DNA from: Selaginella moellendorffii
Lineage: Eukaryota; Plantae; Lycopodiophyta
DNA length: 64,000 nt
NCBI RefSeq assembly: GCF_000143415.4
Contig: NW_003314262.1
Coordinates: 1,291,960 to 1,355,959, forward strand
Reading direction: 5' to 3'
The notes beneath the pieces are model-generated. The model saw nothing but the letters and a program-made list of their open reading frames with translations. It made no database searches and was not told the origin of the DNA. Numbering within the stretch: position 1 is the stretch's first letter; each line of letters opens with the position of its first letter. Positions 49,003 through 60,753 of this stretch are shown piece after piece. The position numbers were made by a program, and so were the translations under genes.

Positions 49003-51428
49003 TTAATAGATGAAACTTACTTGTAGCAAATAGCGCATTCTGACCTGCGCCGTGTTATAAACGATGTACTCGTTGTACTCCAAGCTTCCCTGGACGAGCA
49101 AAAGAAGTAACACTCAAGCCATGCTTGGCTTAGTACCTGATGGTAAGCACCCGAAGTTAAAGGTTTCCCCATTGGTACTATCAAACCGTCTGAAAGTTGC
49201 TTAAACTCGCTCTTGTGAGGTACTGTCCTCCCGAGGCCCTTGGTGCTATTGGTCAAATGATAAAAAAGCATTGAGAGTTTAGAGAGTATAACGCGTCAAC
49301 TCACCTCAGTTTCCCTGGTGGAAGCGCACTAGCATTGTAGTTCGAGTGTAGCAGCTCGTTCATGTCACCAAGAGCAACCTGGAAGGAAATCGTGAAATCG
49401 TGAAAACGTTTCAAGCAAAAGAGATTGGAACTTTAATCTAGCAAAGGAAAACCTCGCACAGAAGCATTACTGCCGCGTTTTTACTCGCGCTAGCATTGCA
49501 GTAATTGGCACTCTTGGAGACCATGTCCGCAAAGTAAACGCCTTTCCCAAACATGTAGCCCGTGGATGGTGCTTCAGGCGGAGCGATTCGGAGTCCTGTT
49601 GAGACACGGACACACGAAAACCACGTCAAAAATTGTTAGCAAAAAGTGTTACTGCGCATACATACCTTGGGAGAGTATGCCGGTCCAGTTGCTCAGCCTC
49701 GAGCCATGCCACAGTAACATCCGATTGTGGTTGTCTTTGAACTGAGCGTCCAGATTCTCGCTGGTAAGAGGTCCCGGAAAGCTGCGTAAAACCTAGAACT
49801 TACTGGCTGAAAGCGTTCATCTTCTCCAGCTCTGCTGACTTTGAAGGCCTGGCGAATTTCGAGCTTGTATCCGGAATGAGTATGGCCGTGGGTGTTCTTC
49901 AAGTAGCTTTCGATCTGTTAGAACGGAAAGAGTACTTGTGAGGAGAACGCCAGAAAAAGGAGAGTGATTTTACCATTTCATATTCTTCGGTGTCAGTATT
50001 GAGAGGGTCCAGCTCGCATTTGAGACGTTTGTACTGTGCGTATGCGGGATCATCCTGGGGAGAAGGAAAAAACCTTAGAAAGTAGTGAACAAAAAGTTCA
50101 TACCTCGTTCCCACTCTTGAGGATCTTCGTTGCAACTTGAATCTCACCGAGTGCCTCAACCTGACACAAAAAAGATGTTCGACTTAAAGAAGACAACATT
50201 TCCGCGATTCTCTCCGACCATTTCCAGCTTCGACTTGAGCTGCTCCTTCGTGCGGATTGTTTGGTCTCCTAAAAATTCCAGGTCACATAGAACTCTACCT
50301 AGAAAAAATCCGAGTTACTTATGGATCGGTGCCCAAAGTTATGTGGAATAATCGTGTAGAATTCACTGCAAAGCGAGACGTCATTAGAGAATTACTGGGA
50401 GGAAAGCTCTTACTTGCTTAGTTGTTGCAACAGTTCTGCATCTGGAGAGCTCAGTTCTAGCTGTGCTGCAATCTTCTTCAAAGCTTCATAACCCTTTCCG
50501 TAGAAAATAAAAGAAGTCAGTCGCTTCTTAACTCGGTAGCCAGAATATCACCTTAAGGATTGTAGCTTTGCTGAGTTTGTCGAGGGGCATCTTTTGGGCG
50601 TTGTATCCTGGAAAGTTGACAAACTCGAGTTAGAAAAAGAGAAGTTCAAGCTTAAGTCGAAATAGAAAAATAAAGCTTAAGTCGAGCTACAAAAAGAGAA
50701 CTTCCAAGCAAGTCGAAATAGAAAGAGAGAAGGTCCAAGCTCACCGATCTCAGTCATCTCCTGTTTCATCATATTCAAGTCGCAAACAAGTGAAATCAGC
50801 CTGTGAACACGAGCGTCCAGTTTTGTAGAAGTGTTACTCTCGGCGACATCCTTCACAACAGTTTTCAACTTGAACGAAACAGTAAACAAGTGAAAAGCCT
50901 GCCTTGCTTTCGGAAGAGTCTTCGTAGTCCATCTCCAGCAAAGTATACTTCCCAGGTTGAGACACAAAGTTGTGCCGGTTGCTCCAGTGGTTCTTCGTCT
51001 TGTCTAGAAACTTACGCTCGAACTCTCGCACTGCTGGCTCTTTCGCGTCGTGCTTGCTCAGATTGGATGCGCTTGAGCCGACTCTACCCCATCGCGCAAA
51101 CGTATAGTACGCAGTTCGATCATCAGACTCTTCAGAAAGAGAAAAGCGCAAGATCAGTCAGTGCATAGAAAAAGTCAAGAGACTACCTAAGACTTGCATC
51201 GCGTAGTACTTGTTGTTGTTGCTGGAAATGTTGGTCTGATTGAGCATTGCATCGTAGATGGTATCTCCCTGTTCAAGAATTTACACAAATCATCCATGAA
51301 GTAACTTGGAGAGAGCTTACAATTTCTAGGACATGGCAGCTGGATTTGAGCTCGTCCGGCAAACCATGGTCTAAAACCACACGCCCCTTCTTCACCGCGA
51401 TCACATCCTGTTTGGCGGGAGCGGCCAT
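49003..51428 (-). CDS. PARP2: Poly(ADP-ribose) polymerase, PARP2-like (WGR-regulatory-catalytic), many exons
   Basis: [77 protein letters not shown] and YNEYIVY (H-Y-E triad intact). Confidence 0.93.
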
Positions 51429-51613
51429 AGCAAAGCTCCTTCTAAGCGGCGGGAAGGCCGCGCGAGAGTAAGGCGCCAGCATCCTTGATCCTCGACCGCC
51501 CTAAAAATGCATGAAAGATAAACCCTAAAATTTGAAAACTATTCTAGCATATTCGAGCTTGGCATTAACTTTTCCACTTTTACACGGGTTTAGGGTTCTT
51601 GGATTTTTTTGTA
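51429..51613. promoter_or_regulatory. Probable compact bidirectional promoter between PARP and HflX
   Basis: About 185 bp separate the divergent start codons. Contains telo-box AAACCCTAA (about 51520) and an opposite-strand TTAGGGTT (about 51590). Confidence 0.5.
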
Positions 51614-53850
51614 ATGGCGGGCTTGGCGATAGCGTATTGTGTTCCAGGTGTGGATGAGCGATGGCAGAATGCCGGCTCCGGGATGGGGAAGAAGGCGAAT
51701 TTTCTGGCCGCTGGTCGCACTGGAATCGCCAGGAAGCGATGCGGATGTTTTTCGCTCAAGGCAAGGGCCGTGATCCAGATTGATGAGGAGGAGCAGAGAA
51801 ATGGGGGCGAATTTCCGCTTGTGGAGCTGCCAATGCCGCCGGGAGAGGAGGAAGCTCCCGCGAGCTCTTCGCCAGGTCGGAGCATTACGGTGTCGTCGTC
51901 TGTGACTGATAGTGAGGATTCCAGCGATCGCTTTGTGATTCGCAACAATCGAGAGGTAAGAAATTACGATTGATTTCTTCTTTCTGGTCGATGATTGGGA
52001 CTCCCCGCATGTAGATTTATCAAGAGAAAGCGTTTCTCGTGGGAGTCGAGATGAAAAGGCATCGCGCATTGTTTAGCATCGATGAGTCACTCAAGGAGCT
52101 CGAGCAGCTTGCCGACACAGCCGGACTGGCCGTGGTTGGATCCACATATCAAAAGTACGTGTCAAGTTTTCAAGCTTCGCTTTTACGAGGCTTTTACTTT
52201 TATCCGGGTTCTTAAGGCTAGGTTATCCAAATCCGAGAACTTACATGGCGTCTGGGAAAGTTGCGGAGGTGAAGACCGCTGTCCAGGCTCTAGACGTTGA
52301 GACGGTGATCTTGGATGACGAAATATCGCCGGGGTAAGAATGGCAAGAACTTCAGGATCTCTCTATAACATCGTCTTCTCCATTCCAGGCAGCTAAGAAA
52401 CTTAGAAAAGGCATTTGGTGATGACGTTCGAGTTTGTGACCGCACAGCTCTGATTCTCGACATCTTTAGCCAGAGAGCAGCGACGCGTGAAGCGGCTTTG
52501 CAGGTTGTGGTTTCACCGGATTTTGTGCTGTAACTGTTTTTTTTATCTTTTTTCATTCTTCAAGGTAGAGCTGGCTCAGCTTGAGTACCAGCTGCCGCGA
52601 TTGACAAAACTTTGGACTCACCTTGAAAGACAAGCAGGAGGTATGGTGAAGGGTATGGGAGAGAAGCAGATTGAAGTTGATAAACGTATCCTTAGAACAA
52701 AGGTAAGCTCGGTGATTTCGCACACTGAAACTGAAGTTTGTGGCTTTTTAAGATTGCCGAGCTGAGGAAGAATCTCGAGTCGGTACGTGACCACAGGCAA
52801 CAGTATAGAAACCGGAGAGCATCGGTTCCTATCCCTGTTATTTCTCTGGTACATATCTCTTGGCTCTTTTCTTGTAAGCTCATTAGAGATTCCACAGGTT
52901 GGCTATACAAATGCTGGCAAGAGCACACTTTTGAACAAGCTTAGTAATGCTGGTGTTCTAGCAGAAGATAAACTGTTTGCCACACTAGATCCTATTACGA
53001 GACGTGTACAGGTGAGCCTCATGTAAGCATTGTTCTTTTGTTGATTTTGTATCCTTTGCAGCTTCCGAATGGAAAGGAATGTTTGTTTACAGATACTGTG
53101 GGTTTTATCCAAAAGCTTCCGACACAACTTGTAAGTTCATGACGTATGAGCTTGCATTCTTAACTTTTTTTGTAGGTTGCCGCATTTCGTGCAACGTTAG
53201 AAGAGATCAGCGATTCGTCTTTGATCCTACATGTTGTAGATAGAAGGTTAGCCTTCATCTTTTGTTTGCTTTGTGTTTTGATTAGTGTTTGTTACAGTCA
53301 TCCAATGGCGCCTGAACAAACAAAAGCTGTTGACGAAGTTCTTGCTGAGCTAGACGTTCAACACATTCCCCGACTTTCAGTGTGGAATAAGGTAATGCTG
53401 TACATGTCTGCGAAGTTACTGATCGCGCTCACTTTTGTGTAAGATTGACAAAGCTGAGGATCCAGATGCCTTGAGAGCGGAAGCCAAACAACAAGGTGCA
53501 ATCTGCGTATCAGCCTTAACCGGAGAAGGCATTCAAGAATTTTTTGACGCTGTGGAAACAAAACTCAAGGTTTACAAAGTTCATTCATTCAGAGAACTCA
53601 AAAATGTTTTTGCAGGATTTACTTGTGCGAGTGGAAGCCATTGTCCCGTATAGCAAGGGGGATCTCGTGGACATGATCCACAGGCGTGGTGTTGTGGAAC
53701 ACGAGGTAGTCTTCTGTTTCGTTGGGAATTAATCAAAACTTTGTGGTTTTGCAGGAGTATACAGATTCAGGAACACTAGTGAGAGCTCATGTTCCTCTTG
53801 CCCTGTCCAAACAGCTGCTCGAGTACCGTGATCAGGTCCCTTTTATGTAG
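51614..53850 (+). CDS. hflX: GTPase HflX (organellar), multi-exon
   Basis: [44 protein letters not shown]1 [21 protein letters not shown]3 [11 protein letters not shown]4 NKID. Confidence 0.95.
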
Positions 53851-53909
53851 TTTCAAGTGAAGCCAGTGTCTAATATGTACAGATGCTTCAAACTTTACAT
53901 TTTAAATCC

Positions 53910-54560
53910 AGGTGAACTTCAATTTGGCATTACATGCAGCAAGAGCTTACCCTTGATTCCTTCTTTGGCAGAGCTCTTGGCAAAATAAGTGATGGATTTC
54001 GAAGTCTCTACTCTTTGCTGCCATTCAGGAAAGCCGCTTGCCAAAGGTAGTGCCAAGCGCTGTGCCTGGCTTTTGCGAATAACTTTGTCAACAGATTTTC
54101 CGACTACGCTGGAGCTGCTCACCTCTACAGGAGGTACGGTTCTCCAAACACCAAGGAAGTAGGGGACGCAATTGCAGCGCTGGAGGGCGGTGAATCAGGT
54201 AGACTTTCCAGCTTAGTAACGTTGCAGACATTCCAGCGATTTCAAAGTTGTACAAGAAATATGGATGCGTTCTTGTCGTGGACAATATTTTTGGTACTCC
54301 CGTCCAGCTCAAGCCGCTAAAGCAGGTTGTCACTTGATTAGTGTCAAAGTTCTGAGAGTGGACAACTCTGCGACCAAGTTCCTTGGAGGTCATGGCTGGA
54401 GCACTCGTGCGATCAGTGACTAGTGCCTCAGGAATTGTAGCTCGCTGGCCTCACCATTCGATTCATGGCTCGTACTGCGAGGAATTCAAACTCTGAAAGT
54501 AAGTGAGAGACTCCACTTTTATCCAACTAGCCTCGTGTTTTCTCACTCTGGACTTCACAG
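53910..54560 (+). pseudogene. PLP-dependent Cys/Met metabolism enzyme relic (cystathionine lyase/synthase family)
   Basis: VADIPAISKL..YGCVLVVDNIFGTP..LKPL, SATKFLGGHG (PLP lysine), SPFDSWLVLRGIQTL. Fragmented. Confidence 0.75.
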
Positions 54561-54777
54561 ATCCGAAGGCCAGGATCTTGACTTATGCTTGTGAATCCCT
54601 TTGTGCTTGCACGAGGTCCTTCGCCTTCATGACTTGATAATTTGACAGCCCCGTCAATCATCTACGGACGCCCTCCAGTTTGTAGGCGAACCCTAACTGA
54701 ATCGGATTTGCTAAAACAAATAAACTAATTTTATTTATATAGGATTATCCTGTGACTATTCGATTAGGGGTTGAAGG

Positions 54778-55975
54778 ATGATCAACGTTGAAGAGAAGGC
54801 GGAAGGAGGAATTCAGTATGCCAGAGCGGAGAGGGATCACTTGGAGGACGTCGCGTTCATTGTGAGATAAATCTATGAACGCGACCTACCTGACTTTTTG
54901 GCTTTCAGCACAAGATCAAGGGCTGTGAATTAGGCGAAGGAGAAACGATAACCATCGTTCGCATGCACGAGGCACAGTGGACTGTGCACAGAGGTGAGCT
55001 AACACTAGAGATCCAAGTTTAATCTCTGGCTTTTCGCAGAAACAATTCCTTTCATGGAGGAGAATTGCTACAGACTTGGAAAGCTCTTGGAGGAATCCTT
55101 TCAGCGCTATGGGTTTTCCAAGGAAGCTGTCGAGGTGGCCTTTCAAATGCAAGTCGCCGGGTTATTTCTTATTTCATTTCGTGGCTCGTCCCTCTGGTCC
55201 TTGCAGGATGAACAGTGAGATTTCCATCTTCATGCAGAAGGCTCTGGACATGAAAGACGATCCGGATGGTCCTTTCCCAAGCAGATGGGAAGATGACGAG
55301 TCCTCGGTGAATGGCAAGAGACCCATAGAAATTTTCTCTGAAAAGGTTCGCGACATAGACGAACATGATGCCGAGAATAATTCATGATGCTTTCCAGTAT
55401 CACCTGTGGTGGCCTTTCTTGACAACTACATTGGTGGCGATCAAGGGAGATGAGGCTTTGGTCGCTGGTGGAGGTGCGTTTAGTGTCATCCTTGCAAGCA
55501 AGAACGAGGTGTGTAGATTGGCCTTGTAGATAGCTCAACATTGCAAAGATGGTAATCTCTAGTTGCTTGAAACAGGAATTTGTTGTCAACTATAAGGGCC
55601 TAGATGTCAAGGACCAGGACACGATCATCGTGGACAAGGTATCTAGTTTATAGCTTAAATTACAGTTATGGATTGCTTGTGGTTTGCCTTATAGGTGGAT
55701 CTTTTGAAGGAGCAAGTTATTCTGCTAGTGCCGCAAGGATTGCACAAGTAAGAAATTTGGACAGCTTTAATTTTCTGAAGGTTTTTTCTCTTTCAGGAAT
55801 GCCCTGGACGGTTCATTTACCAGGCTGATCGGAAAGCATGTAAGCTTTTCCTTTTTTCTTCCTTCTTCTGATACTATTTCTCTTGTAGCAAGGAAATTTA
55901 TCGGCAATAGCTACGGGAGTAGTGGCCATGGATTGTCTGGCAAGGGAAAGCGTGGCCATGGCAATAAGCAAGTAA
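54778..55975 (+). CDS. Nine-exon gene for a PP2C-fold protein lacking most catalytic residues (about 255 aa)
   Basis: ATG 54778. Eight short introns (7 GT-AG, 1 GC-AG at 55149) splice into one uninterrupted frame ending TAA at 55973-55975. PP2C-like strands and helices in the correct order. Confidence 0.7.
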
Positions 55976-56349
55976 TATAATCTTGGTATATGTTGTTAGC
56001 AATGCTACCTTTGCACCTTATGCACCAAGCAAGAAGTTCTCAGGGTCTCGGCTATCGCTTGTGACGACGAAGACGCTGCTCGATAGCGAATTGACTTGTT
56101 GGATTTCCTCAAGGAAGAGTTCCGGGAGTACTGCGCAGGCTCGTGAGCAGCGGCGAGTGGCGCTTCAAAGAGGTGCTTTAAAAAAATTTATCTGAGTGAT
56201 CTTCCTTCTCTTTTTCCTTCCATGCAATGATTCTTTTCACTCTTAAGGGTTCTTCACTCACAGGAGGGATTTTTTTTCTCTCATGGCCGCTGCAAAGTAA
56301 GCTTTTGTTTTGGTCCTTTGCTGAAAGATATTCTTTCTTCTTGAAGTGA

Positions 56350-59150
56350 TGAACTGCTGGCGGCGCTGGAATTGAATGGTCGGCCCCAAGAGTCACATCT
56401 TTTCGCCGCCAGTGGCCCGCTGGTCCAACCCGATCTGCCATCAAAGATCTGGCTCCATGGCACCGAAGAAGTCCCCCAACCAAGGTATTTCCCAGCTCCA
56501 GCGGTTACCTCCAGCAAAACCATAGATGCCTCCAAAGCCTCCTTCGAAGTAAGAGAACAGCCGTGGAAATTGCTTCCATGGCAGTGGGATGCCTGGGCCT
56601 TGCGATGGATGCACGAAACTTGGAAGGTCTGGCTTTGAGGGCGATGGCAACTTCCAGTTTCATGACAGAGTCGAGCGTGGAGTTTTTGCCACCATGATCA
56701 TGGAAGTTCCCACTCTCGTCCAGTAGCGAGCGCGGAATTTTTGTGGTAAGACACAAGGACAAGACCTAGACCATCCTTGGACACGAGAGGCCATCGCCAG
56801 GAGCGTTTTACTACGCGGTTTTCTTCGCCGACTGCGAGCACCACTTGGTCAAAGTCACTCAAGGCACCACGGCGTGCATGGCTTTCAACTTGCTGGCCAA
56901 GAACTTGACAAGAGTTCCCGGTTTTTTGGAAGCTTGCTTGGCGACGCGATCGGCTCTCATGCATGGCTTCGAGAAAGACGATGCTCCAAAGAAGATGGTG
57001 ATTCCATTGCAGCACCAATACTCGAAAACCGATCTAGATTTGATGAAACTCAAGGGGAGAGATAGCATGACTTTGGAGTTGCTTTGAAGCCATCGCAAGA
57101 ATCCAGGCAGCTCCAGCGCTCATCAGCGACCAGCTTAAAAACGGCAAGGTTGAGTCGTTCTCGAGATACAGCACCAGCCTCGACGTCGACTTTAGCAGCT
57201 TGCATCTCCAAGATGACAATCATCACAAAAGTAGCTTGATCAGGGTGGACTTTAGAAGTTTGCGTCTGGATTGGATCCTCGGCGATCGTGAAAACAGTGG
57301 CTACGAAAATCATGCAGTGGTGGTCGTTTGGCCGAGCAGCAGTGACGTATACATGGTTTCGTGTGCGGCCTTGGATATACTGGAGGAAAAGAAAGAAGTA
57401 GCGTTTCTCCAGCAGGTACTTGAGGCTCTACCGGAGGTGATCAAGGCTCATGACTGGAGCATTAGTGCTCGTGATCACATTCACAGGCTGCTAAAAGTTT
57501 GCGTAGGCATTGGAGGTAAAGACGAAGTCCTTAAAGCTCTGGAAGTTCTAGCAAGGAACTATGACGCAGCGGTTCCGAGCAAGAAACTCTTACTTTCCGG
57601 GGTTGGAAGCCTGGAGGCGGCGAAAGTGCTTGCTTTAGCATTGAAGTCACATGGATGGAATGCTTATGCCACTGTCATCGTTGACAAGCTCCTTAGCGAG
57701 GAGCGTTTCGAAGACGAGGTGGAGAATTTTGTCCATCTTGCCTTGGAGCTCAAGAACTTGGATTGCTTGGCAGCTGCGTTTCATGTCGCTCGGAAGATTT
57801 TCTTGCTGTGCCACTTTATAAGTTCTCGGTCCGGGAGAAGCTCGAAGACTCCACGGGTGCTGGAATATGGTGTCTCAGGTTCTTGGCGATCACTTTCTTC
57901 CGGAGTTCTTGGAGAATCTAAAGACTGGTGCTACAACCAAGGCGCTGTGTTCTCTAGTCCTACAGCACGACAAGCTTGAACTCCAGGCAAAGCAAAGATT
58001 GTTTTCGATGGTCACGCAAAGGAACAATCTGGAAGAAGTTGCTCCGCCACTTCTCGTTGAAGTGGTGAGAGTTTTTGCATTGCTCGCCAATCCGGAGCTG
58101 CTGAATTCGTTCGTGGCCGCTTTGCTGCAGCAGGTGATAAGCAAAACGACGCTACTCGATACATTCTTGCAGGACGATCAGGATGGATGGATGTTCCTCT
58201 TGACAGTCAGGGGACTTATAGAGATCTGCGTGAACTGGAGGCAAGGTCCCTGGGGGATTTGCTCCGTAAGTGCCGATCATAAGATCCTGAAAGACGGAGG
58301 GTCCGTTTGTTCTTTACCAGGCTTTGCGAGATGGTCATGGACGTTTCCATCCACAATTCGGAAGAGTTTGAAGCCTTTCTGCTGGTGGACGAACTGAAGC
58401 TTCTCAACTCTCTTATCAAAGGCAATGCGGGCAGTGATCTTGTGGAAGCTCTCCTTCGAGTGGATGGAAACAAATGGACACTGCTCTTCTCGGTAGAGGG
58501 TTGCATGGATACGCTGGAAGGCAGCATTCGCACAACCGAGTCGTTCAGCTGTTCGTACGAACGAGTAAAGAGTGTGACCGACACTCTTTACTCGTTGCTC
58601 TTCAAGTGCCATGAAGGATTCCCCGCTTTGAAGCAAAACCCGGGAATCTTGGCATCCTTCACAAAGCTTTGCGAGATGATAACGTCCAGGCCACTCGAGG
58701 CTGAAAGATTTGGATGAGTGTCCTCGTTTGGCTTGGCAACGAGCAGCTTTTGGAAAAGTTGAAGGGGTCACTCTTGGCTTGATCTTGAGAGAAGCTCTCG
58801 AGAAGGAAGATAACTGGATGATGCTGCCGGAGATGATGCTGGATCTCGCAAAGTCACGGGTGGAGAATTTGTCTCATATTAGATGCCCAGAGTTCACCTG
58901 GAGACGGTCTGCGCGAAAGTGTAAACTATCCGATCATCCTGAAGTAAGGACGTTTCTGGAAAGTTCACAGGAAGAGCTGAAGTACACTGGAAAGTTTAAG
59001 AGAATCCATGGAGCTCGAAAACTTGCACGCGAGATCAACAGCTTGAAGGAAGCTGGTTGCTTGGAAGCGTCTGCGACTGATGGTGGAAGTGGCCAGAAAG
59101 CCTTTGTCTTCATAAGAAAGACCCAAGACTCTTTCCAGGAAGTATCATGA
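56350..59150 (+). pseudogene. 2OG-Fe(II) oxygenase-like domain plus long helical region, frameshifted, apparently intronless
   Basis: GNFQFHDRVERGVFATMIMEVP, GIFVVRH, FYYAVFFADCEHHLVKVTQGTTACMAFNL, LQHQYS...LKGRD, and C-terminal FTW..HPEVRTFLES..F..IHGARK...G.GQKAFVFIRKT. Several stops and frameshifts. Confidence 0.65.
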
Positions 59151-59291
59151 TGCTCAGAAGGAGATCAAGGAGCGCAAAGCTAGAGATTGATTCCTTCATT
59201 GCTTAAACCACGAGCCCAAAGCAAGGGATTAAAAATCCAGCTAAACTTGCAATAAACCAGATTATTTATTTTCACAAAGTTATTTTTACAT

Positions 59292-59933
59292 TCAAGTGAA
59301 CGTAGCCTTGAGCTGCCGAACCGCATTCTCATCAATAAAGAAGGTCTTGACGAGCACCTCGTCCAGGATGTCCGATCCAAACATGGAGCTTGCGATAGCC
59401 TGGAAGCCCGGTGACTGCGAATCCAGCGTCACGATGGCCATGGCGGTGGTGTTACCAACGTTGAGCTGCCAGTGGATCAAACCCCGCGGGAAGATCATCA
59501 CATCGCCTTTGGAGATGACCTTAGCAAAGAGCTGGTTCTGGGTGGTGACGAATCCGGCGTACAAGCTCCCTTCCGCGACGTAGATGATCTCTGAGCCTCG
59601 CGGGTGCGTGTGTGGAGGGATGAGACCGCCGGGAGCAAAGTCGAGCCTGGCTATGGAGAGGCCGAGAGAGTTGAGCCCCGGATAAGTGTCGACGAAGCCA
59701 AACACCGCGTCGGCTCTCGATGGGCCGCTGGTGTTTGCGGAGTTTCGAAGGCCCGAGAAGATGAAATCCTCGGTGGTGGTGTTGGTTGCTCGCTTGCAAG
59801 GGTAGCCATTGAGAGTGAGGTCCTTTGCGAGGTCAGCCACGCAAAAGTCCTGGAGGGGATCGGCGTCGGAGGCTGTGATCACCTGGAAGATTGGTGCCGC
59901 GATGACGAGAAGTTGGAGGAGTGTGATCATCAT
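59292..59933 (-). CDS. GLP: Germin-like protein (cupin)
   Basis: Signal peptide, DPLQDFCVAD, germin box PPHTHPRGSEI, FPRGLIHWQ. Confidence 0.97.
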   Translation of the reverse strand: MMITLLQLLVIAAPIFQVITASDADPLQDFCVADLAKDLTLNGYPCKRATNTTTEDFIFSGLRNSANTSGPSRADAVFGFVDTYPGLNSLGLSIARLDFAPGGLIPPHTHPRGSEIIYVAEGSLYAGFVTTQNQLFAKVISKGDVMIFPRGLIHWQLNVGNTTAMAIVTLDSQSPGFQAIASSMFGSDILDEVLVKTFFIDENAVRQLKATFT

Positions 59934-60753
59934 CGTGTTCTTGAGTGATCCCTGGAACTTGAGGAAACAAACGAGAGAGCAATGCTAAGAATTAGAAGAG
60001 TGACCTCTTTCTTTCCGATGGTTGTGAAAGTATTTAAAGGATGGAAAGGCTTGGAGAAGGTTCCATGAAACACAGGAGTTGCGATGGATCCATCACTCTG
60101 TGTTGGGACTGTGTCCATTGAAGGTTTCCTGTGCGCCACTACTTATTACGTCAATTGACAAAATCTTACTTGCGTCATTATTATTATTCTTATTATTTTT
60201 ATTTTTGCATTAGAAGAAGTGTACATTAAACTTTCTAATTGAATTTTCTTAATTAAATTAGTATAAACAATGTGCTTAAAAAACTTTGTCACTGTTATGA
60301 ATTATCTTTAGAAAATAAGAAATGATATATGCTTAAAATGTAAAAATAATTTATTTTGTATTCAAAGACTATTAACTTTTCCTCTTTCCACTACTTTGCT
60401 ATATCTTTAGATAAATAATTCATTTTATACAAAATATTAATGAAATTAAAGTGTAAAATAATGAAATAGTAAGTAAATATTATAATTAATATTTTTTATA
60501 AAGCCATATACTATCTTATTTCTAAAATGGTTTGGATCATTTAAAAAAGATTTTTTTATAACTTAGAGTTTTGGTTTTGCACTTTTAAACAAGATTTATT
60601 ACCATTACTAAATTTACCCACACATAAAAACTTAAAACTTATTTATAGTGATATATGATAAACATTATACAAAAAATATAAGAGAGGTTGTAACATAGGA
60701 CAATATGAGTGATATATTTATTAAAAACAAAAATTATTTAATTTAAATAGAGT

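Noticed and set aside
20700-59150. Bacterial or fungal contamination as the source of the microbial-type genes
   Set aside because: They are interleaved with intron-containing plant genes, and one carries spliceosomal introns, so they are integrated host loci.
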